DNA of 64,000 nucleotides from Candidatus Omnitrophota bacterium (GTDB lineage: Bacteria > Omnitrophota > Gorgyraeia > Zapsychrales > JANLHA01), in the NCBI GenBank assembly GCA_023247795.1, contig JAHFFT010000008.1, positions 1,519 to 65,518 of the forward strand. Direction: 5' to 3'. A program made the position numbers and the translations under genes. This document shows positions 51,101-60,100 of the stretch, piece after piece (positions within the stretch are counted from its first letter, which is position 1; every line of letters begins with the position of its first letter). Under the pieces are notes generated by a model. The model saw only the letters and a list, made by a program, of their open reading frames with translations, did not search any database and was not told where the DNA came from.

Positions 51101-54100
51101 CCCACTCTTGGGACGGATATCTCTGGTCAGAGTGCAATTTCAATCCTAAAAATGTGTATGTAAAACTTCCCGGCAAATCAATTCGCAGTCTTTCATGATT
51201 GTTATGATTGATCAGAAATTTGGCGACGGCCTTTTCATCAATCGGATTGTTGGAAATCAATGTGAGCTTGGTTAGATTATCGAGTTTTACCAGCGCATAA
51301 ACAGCATCCAGGTCGTCAAAGGCGATCTCGACTTCTTTAAGCAATGTGAGTTTGGCAAAATCAAGTTGACGGAAGATATCGATATTCTTACTCGTGACTT
51401 TGACCCTTAAGCGTAGATATCCATCCTCAGGAGAAGTTGCGATAAGGTCCGGCGTAAAATATTCAAAATCTTTGCGAAATTTCTCTCGAAATTCCATCAG
51501 AATTTCAAATTGCTTGATTATCGGCAATTCTGCTCCTGCAACCTCTGATATTGGTGGTTCCACGGGAGCGACCGGTTCTTCCGTCTCCGATCTCTGCTCC
51601 GCAACTGGCCCCGTTGCCGCCCCTTGTTCTATCGCCTTCAAACACTCCCGATAATCTGTAAAGACCGTGCCATCGGGCATGGTGATGCGCAGACTGGGAG
51701 CATCGGTCGGGTTTAAACCATTGATAAATCCTTTGATCTCCTGCTCAGCTAAAGGAGATCCTGATTGAAAGGCCACATCAACATAACCTTCACTCGGAGA
51801 AGCAAAAATTCTAACATTTTCTACGTTTTTCATACCGCCACCATCTTTTTTCCCCTTAAAATACCACTTCACTGCCTGAGTATCCTGCTGAAATTCTTCT
51901 TCGATCTCTTTCTTGTGTTCTTCATAATAGGTGGACATTTCTTCCTTCATAATGTGCCTACTCTTGCTAGTGCCGATTATTGCTTCGGTAATAACTATAA
52001 TTGGCCTATGGAATGCCGGATAACGGGTCCATAACTGCCAGACCTGTTTTACCGGCACATCTGAATTGATTCTAAGGGCTTTTATCGGATGTCCAAATAA
52101 TGGGGTGATATTTGTAACCCCCGTTCCCAAAATATCCACGCTTGCATCGTTAAGATTTAAATTTTCTAAAATGGAAATATCATTAAAATCAGGATCTTTC
52201 CCAAAATATAACCTGACCCCACCTTTATGCGCATTCAGCTTTGCAAGCTCAGTAAGGTCCAATTTGCTGGGATAACGAATATCGATCGCGCTGACATAAC
52301 TTAATCGATAGAGTGGCGTCAAATCCGGCAAACTGCCCTTTTCTAAATCAACTTGAATCTTTATGCCTTTCAGATCATGTTCAACCTTAATCGCGCCGCG
52401 AGGAAATCCAGATATTTTATCAAGCTCTTCTTGAGCAATTTTGAATTGTTGGTCTATGGCTTTAACGATCTCATCATCAACCCACGTTGGTAATACGTGT
52501 TGAAATGGACCATCTAATTTACTCAATCCCTCATGTTTAATTTCTTGCCCCCCATTCAATACGATTCCCAATGCCTCATGATTGTTATGGTTAACAAGCA
52601 GATTAACGACAGCCTTCTCAGCCGACTCATCAAGTGGATTCGCTGTCCTTAATCCAACTTTGGTTAAATTCTCCAATTTTAAAAATCTATCCACCACATC
52701 TTGAAAATTGTCGCAGCCAATCTTGACATGGGTCAACAATGTCAATTTTTCGAATTCCAAGTCTCGGAAAAGAGCTAAATTTTGTGGGGTCACTGTTGTG
52801 GCCAAATAAATCCCTTCCTCGTTGCTGACCCTAGCAACCATAGCATCCGGAAAGTCATTCTTGTGTTTCGTAATAAAGGACTGAAGATATGCCAACTGCC
52901 CTTCTCTCGTTGAAAAATCCCATGTGACTAGCGGGCTCACCGACTTCTTGGCTGACTCTTCCTTAACAGTCCCTAGCCCAGCTTCTCGTTCAATCGCCTT
53001 CAAACACTCCCGATAATCCGTAAACTCCCTGAGCTCGGTTATGGTCTCGAACTCGAGACGCAGGCTCGCCGCCACTGCCGGCCGCAGCCCCTTGATAAAA
53101 TTTTTAATGTTTGGATCATCTACGGGTAAAGAGCCAAAATATACGTCAACAAAAGCCTCATTTTCATTTAGCGAAACAGCGGTCAATGCTATGCCCCCGA
53201 GATGATTTTGTTCCAAAGCCATGTTCACTTCCAACCTATCATCCTCCAACTGTTGAGAAATCTTGTCCCGATAAGTATTAAGAAAACTAGAAAATTCACT
53301 CGAGCCGAAAGATAAATTCAATACTTGATTTAAAACCCGCATGGCCTGATCAGGGTGACGTATGTAGAATTGATAAACCTGTTTTTCCGAAATACCCGAC
53401 ACTTGATTCAGGTCAAGTACGGCTACCCAAGCCTTGCCAAACAAAGGAGAGATATCGGTCACTCCAGTACCGCTCAAATTGATACTGCTAAAGTCTTTTA
53501 AATCAAATTCGCTTAAAAAAGAAATATCCTGTAAATTTTTATCATAATCAAAATCCAACTGCATGGATTTTTTTGACCCGCTCAACTTTTGAAAATTGGC
53601 AAGATCCGTAAACCGGCTGATCTCGCTAAAAACTATGGTCTTGACATAATTCACCCGACAAATCGCGCTGAGATCCGGTAAAGGACCGGTAAAAGAATTG
53701 ACTGTTATGGCAATGCTGTTGCCATTATCGGTTAGTCTGGGAACGATTGTCCCGGCCGGCAGCTCCGTCATCCTGCTGATTATTTTTTTTACCTTTTCAA
53801 AATCCTCATTGACCGCGTCTTTAATCATGTCGTGAAACTCTTCATAATGAAGCAGTTCGGAAAAAATCAATTCCTCTCCAGAAGGTAAAATAATCTTGAG
53901 ATCTTCGTGATTCAAATGCCTGAATAAAAACCTTATCAGACCGCGCTTAATCCCTGGATCTAATTGAACAATAGGCTTAAATGTAAACTCCGTTAAATTT
54001 TCCAGTTTGAATAATTCAAAAAGTCCAACAAGTCCCTCACCCTCAAGTTCGACCTCTGTCACCATGGTGAGCTTTGCTAGATCTAATTTATTAAATGCTT

Positions 54101-57100
54101 TAAGGTGGTTATCTGTCGTTACTTTGATTTTCAAAAAAATAGAGTATCCAACGGGTTGGAAAACACGACCGTATTCAAAAATATCAAATATACTCTCACC
54201 AGATTTATCTTTATGCTGTTCATCAAAACGTTCTAAGAGATCGAGCTGTTGATTGAGGTCCAATTCCCCTTCAACGCTTTTCTGCTCAACACTCGTTTCC
54301 GCCGCCGTCACCGCTGGCGTTGGAATGGCCTCCTCTTCTCTAACCTCGACTGGGGCTTGCGCTTGTTTCTTTTCTTCTGACTCGCGGGCGGTTTCTTTAA
54401 AAGCAGCGGCGGTATACGCCGACGCCACTTGTTTTTGCAATTCCACAATATCAACCGCCTCATACGTTTTGTCGGGATTAGCGTCGCTCAAATTCTTTTC
54501 GATTTCTTCTTTGCTCTGTGCCGCCCCTTCCACAAACTCAATGCTGAATCCAAACTCCTGCAAGAGATAGATAAATTCCTTGCATATCGGACTGTTTTTG
54601 TATTTTTCAATTTCACCAAAAATCACGATTGTCTTTTTGATTTCCTGCGATTGCGGGGCCGATTTGATAAAGCATTGCGCGAAAGGAAAACCTTGTAAGA
54701 GCCGCTCAAGACTGGGCCTCCCATCCGCGCCGAACTCATCTGATTGCTGTGGGCGTCGATCAACATAGGAACTCTCTAAAATGGCCTGCAGCTCGCGGAC
54801 AATGTTATGGGACAACTGCTGCATTTTGGGATCACGCTGACTCGATTCCTGCTGCCCCCTCCGGTATGAAACCTTTTTGGTCACGATCACGGGGGATTTG
54901 GGTTTGACAATTTGGGGGTTAGCTTTTACTGGATCTGGATTAAATTGATAGACGTTGTGATAAGGAGTTTGAGGGGGTTTTATTTTTTCTGACTCAGCAT
55001 CCTCTCCATTATTTCCAAACCCTTTCTTAAATCGAAGACCCGCTGGCAAATTATGCAAAAACTCCAAATCTTCCTCAGTCAAAGGCTCTCTATTCTCGAC
55101 CTTCTTTTCCAATTTTATTAATTTCCTTCTTCTTCGCTGTCTTTCATTAGCTTTCTCCCGAAAATCCGCCTTCTTTTCGTCTGGAGTCATTTGCTTAAGC
55201 TCTGTCCTTCGCTCCTTTCTTAACTGCTTTCGAATTTCCTTCACAGTCTGCGGATCTTGAGCAAGTGCAAATCTTACCATCGCCAATCTCATTGACAATG
55301 CCTTTACCCAACTTTGAACAAATGCCTTTTCTACATTTTCCGTGACCCTGTCCTCATTAACCCTGCAAAACTTATTGATGAGCGGCACCAAGGATCGATA
55401 AGCCAATTGATCTTTTAAACGATGCTCCATAATCATAAGGTCTTTCTTAGTAACTCTTGTGTCTCTTGACATGAGATAGGCCCACATCTCTTCAAGCTGA
55501 TCAATGAGATACTCCATATCAGCCTTTCTAACCCATTCCTCCTCTTGTCTTATCTCAGTTTTCATCTGCTCACGCTTTTCTGGCGTTAAATCAGGGTCCC
55601 TGGTTATCGGTGTTTCCTCTTCGGTAAAGGTTGGATTTTCATGACCGCTTTCCAGACTGACTTCCAAATTCGCCATGGCGCGATCTCTTTCCTGTTGTTC
55701 CCTTTCAGGAGAGATAGGCAGTTTCGGCGGATCAGGGACCCGGTCCCCTTCAATCATCAACATCGTTTCCTGAATTTCTCTGATCAGATTTTCCGCCCGG
55801 TACGTCTGGAATTGGATTTCCTCTTCATCCAATTCACCCTCAAATGAGCCGCGCGGAAATGTCAGTTTTAATTCTGTCATGGTCTCAAAATGGTCGATCG
55901 CGAGACGAATGGGGTTGGATTCTTCGCCATAGATATGGGCTCCACCATCTTTGAATTCTAAATCTTTGGCAAAAATCAGGAACAGATCTTTAACGCTCAT
56001 AGGTTCACCGTGCTCATCATCCAAACCCTCCAGCAATCCTCGGGAAAAGACAAGCAGACAGAGTTGAAAAATCCGGCGATGATTAAGTGAATCATGAGGC
56101 CGAGTCATCCACTCCTTCAATTGCTTGGTATTACGATTGTAAACCATTGCCGCGAATTCTTTTTCAGCAGCCGATGGCTTTCCCAAATTCGTCCTTGGCA
56201 AATAATGACGCAACGCTTCTTCATAACGCACATCTTCGATATTTTTCAATAAAGGAACGACTTCCAGGCCAGCCTGGTACGGAGCCCACGGCTGGACATC
56301 GCGGTGTAGCAATCCTCTCATCGTTTCATACATAAATTTCTCAGTGAAATAAGGATCGCCAAACATATTGGCATACATGGCAATCTGAGAAGAAACTTCC
56401 CCATCTTCATCCTCCGAGACCAAAAATTCCCCGCCGGGGTGATCGGGTTTATTCGCGATGATCGCGAATTTCGGTTGTCCCAAAGCCGTAGGAATGAAAA
56501 ATCCAGCCAATCTTTCCAAAAATTCAGTATCATTGTATTCCTTCTCTTGGAATCGCGTTCGCTCTCGTTTAGGGGCGAGCGGAATTTTAAGAAATTTGGC
56601 GATATAGAGCGGACCGTAGGTATGGGCAATGAGACTTTCCGTTAGCGAATTACTTTGCCGGGCGAATTCAGCACTGCCCAAATTTTTATACTGCTCCAAA
56701 AGACTAGCCATGATGTAATCCAGTTCCCGAAACGTCGGGCGGTGCTTGACATCGGCGATGTTCGCCCGCAGCCAGACATACGTTTGTATGACATAATTGC
56801 AGGCCTCAAGCATGACCGGTCGATCTTTAGTCTCGCTGATTGAGTAATTGACCCAGCGTTCGGCCAATACCTTAAGTTCTTTTTGCGTGTAATCATAGAC
56901 CCGTCGATAAACTATGCGGTTCAATAATGCCGTTGAGAGCTGTTGGCGGCCGCTGAAATCCATGGAATTGATCGTGGCGAATACTAAAAAACCGGCGCCG
57001 GCTTCCCTGGTCACCTCATTGAGTTTTCCTTCCAAAAAATCCGTGGGCAATAAATTCATCTCGCGGATGATCACCACCGCCCCCTCTTGCCGGGCGCGCT

Positions 57101-60100
57101 CAATGACCTTGACCAAATAATCCGCGTTATCCGGCTGGGCGTTGATCACGTAAAACCGCTTTTGATTGATATCAGCGAGATTGATTGGGGTATTCGAATA
57201 TTGCACTTCCTGATATCCCTTCAACCTTAAGGCCTTGATCAGAGCAACGTCTTTAGCCCGGCCCGGCGCTCCGTCGGTAATCATCCCCATCTTGCCTTGA
57301 AGAACTTTTTGATTATTACTGACCGCATCGATGCGAACTTCCCGCAAATCAAGCATCGTCATCTCATCATGAATCATCAACGCGGTTGAGTCGGTCATGA
57401 TCAAGGGCTTGTCGCTATCATCGATCTTTAAAACCTCTCCGGTCTGGCGCATGACTTTCTCGATCATGGCCCCTTCTTGTTTTGTCAACATCTCAACCCC
57501 GTACTTTTGCGCCAAGATGTGATGCAGTGCCTCTCGCTCTTCCCTATTAAAACTTCCACCATAAATCTGCCAGGCCAGATCAATGACCTCATTTTCCGTC
57601 CACCCATTGGGATAAAGAAAATTGACCCGTTGGGCCAGGTCCTGGACTTCCCGCAAAGCGAAACCCAAATTAGGGTTCATTCGGTTGAACAAAAAATGCA
57701 GGTCTAAAATGAGTGTTTCCAATTGATCTTTCCAAAAAGTTTTTTCCGGAAGATACTCTTGTTCCCGCATAATTCTCTCAATATCAGAACGCTTAAACGG
57801 TTTAAAAAAAATCGTGACCATGTACTCATCAATCAACTCCTGAAGTTTTCTTCCGACGAGCGAATCCTGGTTTCCGGTAAAGATGATTTTTTTATCCTTC
57901 AGATCTTGGTACCGGCCGTCAAGATACATATGCGGATTTTTACTGAAAAAACCTCTCAGAAAATTCCAAAAATACGGTTCAGTCAAATTCGCTTCATCAA
58001 CGATCAGAATCCCTTTTTCTGATTTGGCCCACTTAGCAATGGCCTCGTCCACAATCGGATTCGATTCGTTATTCTTTTCGTCCTGCTGATAAACGCGGCG
58101 GCTGATCACGTGTTCTTCTTTGGCATCATTCCCAACCGTTAAACGAAATATTTCATTCGGCTGATAATTCTTTGCCGCCAAAATCTGGGCCAGATGACTC
58201 TTACCCGATGCTGGAGGACCTTGAAACATGACCGCGTTGTTGATGAATAAAGCAGCGCCGGCCATGCGCTCCCGGTATTCCCAGGTGTCTTCCCCCGCGT
58301 TGGTTTCGAAATCAATAGAAGGGACGACGGTTGCGCCAATGACTTCCTGCTCCCATTCATCTGTAGCCGCGTAAAGCGCGAATTTCTTTCGATAAAAATC
58401 AGCGTGCTCAGTATCGTTCCTATCATCAAAATGCTTGATCAAAGCGGTCCGGATCATTTTATGGACGGCCGCGCCAGTCGCCATTTGTGAATCGGTCCCT
58501 AACATTTTTTTAAATCCTCGCAAAAACTGCTCTATCTCGTCTGGATTTTGCGCGTCAAATTTCGGTGCCCTAAAATCGGTCCCAAGTTTTGCCTGGATTT
58601 GATTCAACAAATCGAGACTCAAGGTATCCACGAATTCCCAAAAATACCGGTCCCAGCGGACCGGATAAACGGTCTTTTGCAAAATCCGTTTGAGCCGTTT
58701 GCCGTGGAGGCTCTTTTCATTTCGCTTTTTGTCTCCATCCAAAGTGAACTCCCGCTCCTCAACGTCAAAAATCAAGCGGACCATGACCCGCATGTAAGAA
58801 ACAAGCTCTTGGTCCTCGGCAAATTTGGAAATGACCACTTGTTCAAAGGCTTCAAGCCAGGTATAACCTAGACCGACATATTTAAAAAGCAAACGAAGAC
58901 GGTAAAGATTGAAATTCACTTCTTCCCGGTTGATCCCATCCAGCTGGTTGAACATATCACGCAGTTTGATAATTTTCTGATAATCGCCTCGATTAAACGA
59001 TGCTTTTATTTCTTCGTCATCCTGCAGCATCATCTCCATCAGAGCGTCGTTGGGATTCATACTGACCTGATTGACCGCGGTTGAAGATTCCTGGGCCAGC
59101 GGCTTTTGCAGCACGATCAATCGACCAGGCAAATCCACCCTCATGCCATTGACCATGATATATGGATCTTCCTGCAAGGCTGATTCCAATCCCTGACAAA
59201 GCACTTTATTGTGCTCGGTACCGACCAAGACCACTGTTTTCCCTTGCAACAATTTTTCATAAATTTCTTGAGAGCTTGACGTGTACTTGCGTTTTCCCTC
59301 GGTCGAAGAAAAATCTGGAAACTCAAAGAGTTGATTAACGGTTGTCTCCGCCGTGACCGGATAAACCACAAATTCATCAGGATCATAGGAGGACTCAATC
59401 GTACGCAGCGCGAACTCCAGATCTTTTGATTCCACCAAAATCGATTTCTTTTCTTTCACGTCTTCCCATTCGCTCAATTTACGTTCATTGCTTTGGGTCT
59501 TAAGGGCCTTGGAACGAAGCTTGAGATACGCCTTCGGCACCGGCACCCAGGGCGCTACTTCGATGATTATATTCCCATCAGTGTGCATGATCGCGTGCCA
59601 GACCCAATCGTCGAGATGGCTGGTCACGGCCAAACGCACCCGCTGATTTTTTAACTGTTTCGGAGTCTTCAACAGATCCAAAATTCCGGCTTGACGGGTC
59701 AGTTGATTCTCTTCTCTGACGTTATCAATGTGATTGCGTTTAAAAAGAAAATCCTGCGTTTGCTTGTTGATGATCCAGACCTGATCTCCTTCGTCTGGCA
59801 TTTCTTTCCAGGCGACAAGCTTTTTTTGACTGACACCTTTACTAAAATCAACATCCTCACGGTAAATCTTTACCCCATCTGGGATCACAATCGTTTCCAT
59901 GTTGAATTCCTGCGCCGGATTTTCAATGAATTGCCGGATCAAGTCCCGGAACGAAGGATCTTTAAAATCACCACCCCGCAAAACAATCGCGGTGTCCTTC
60001 TTCGCGTTATTGAGCTGCCCTGGGATGACTAGAATTTCGCCGTTGGGACCAATATCATAAGTCCCGAGCAAAAGTTCACGGGCAAAAGGGGTTTCATTCA

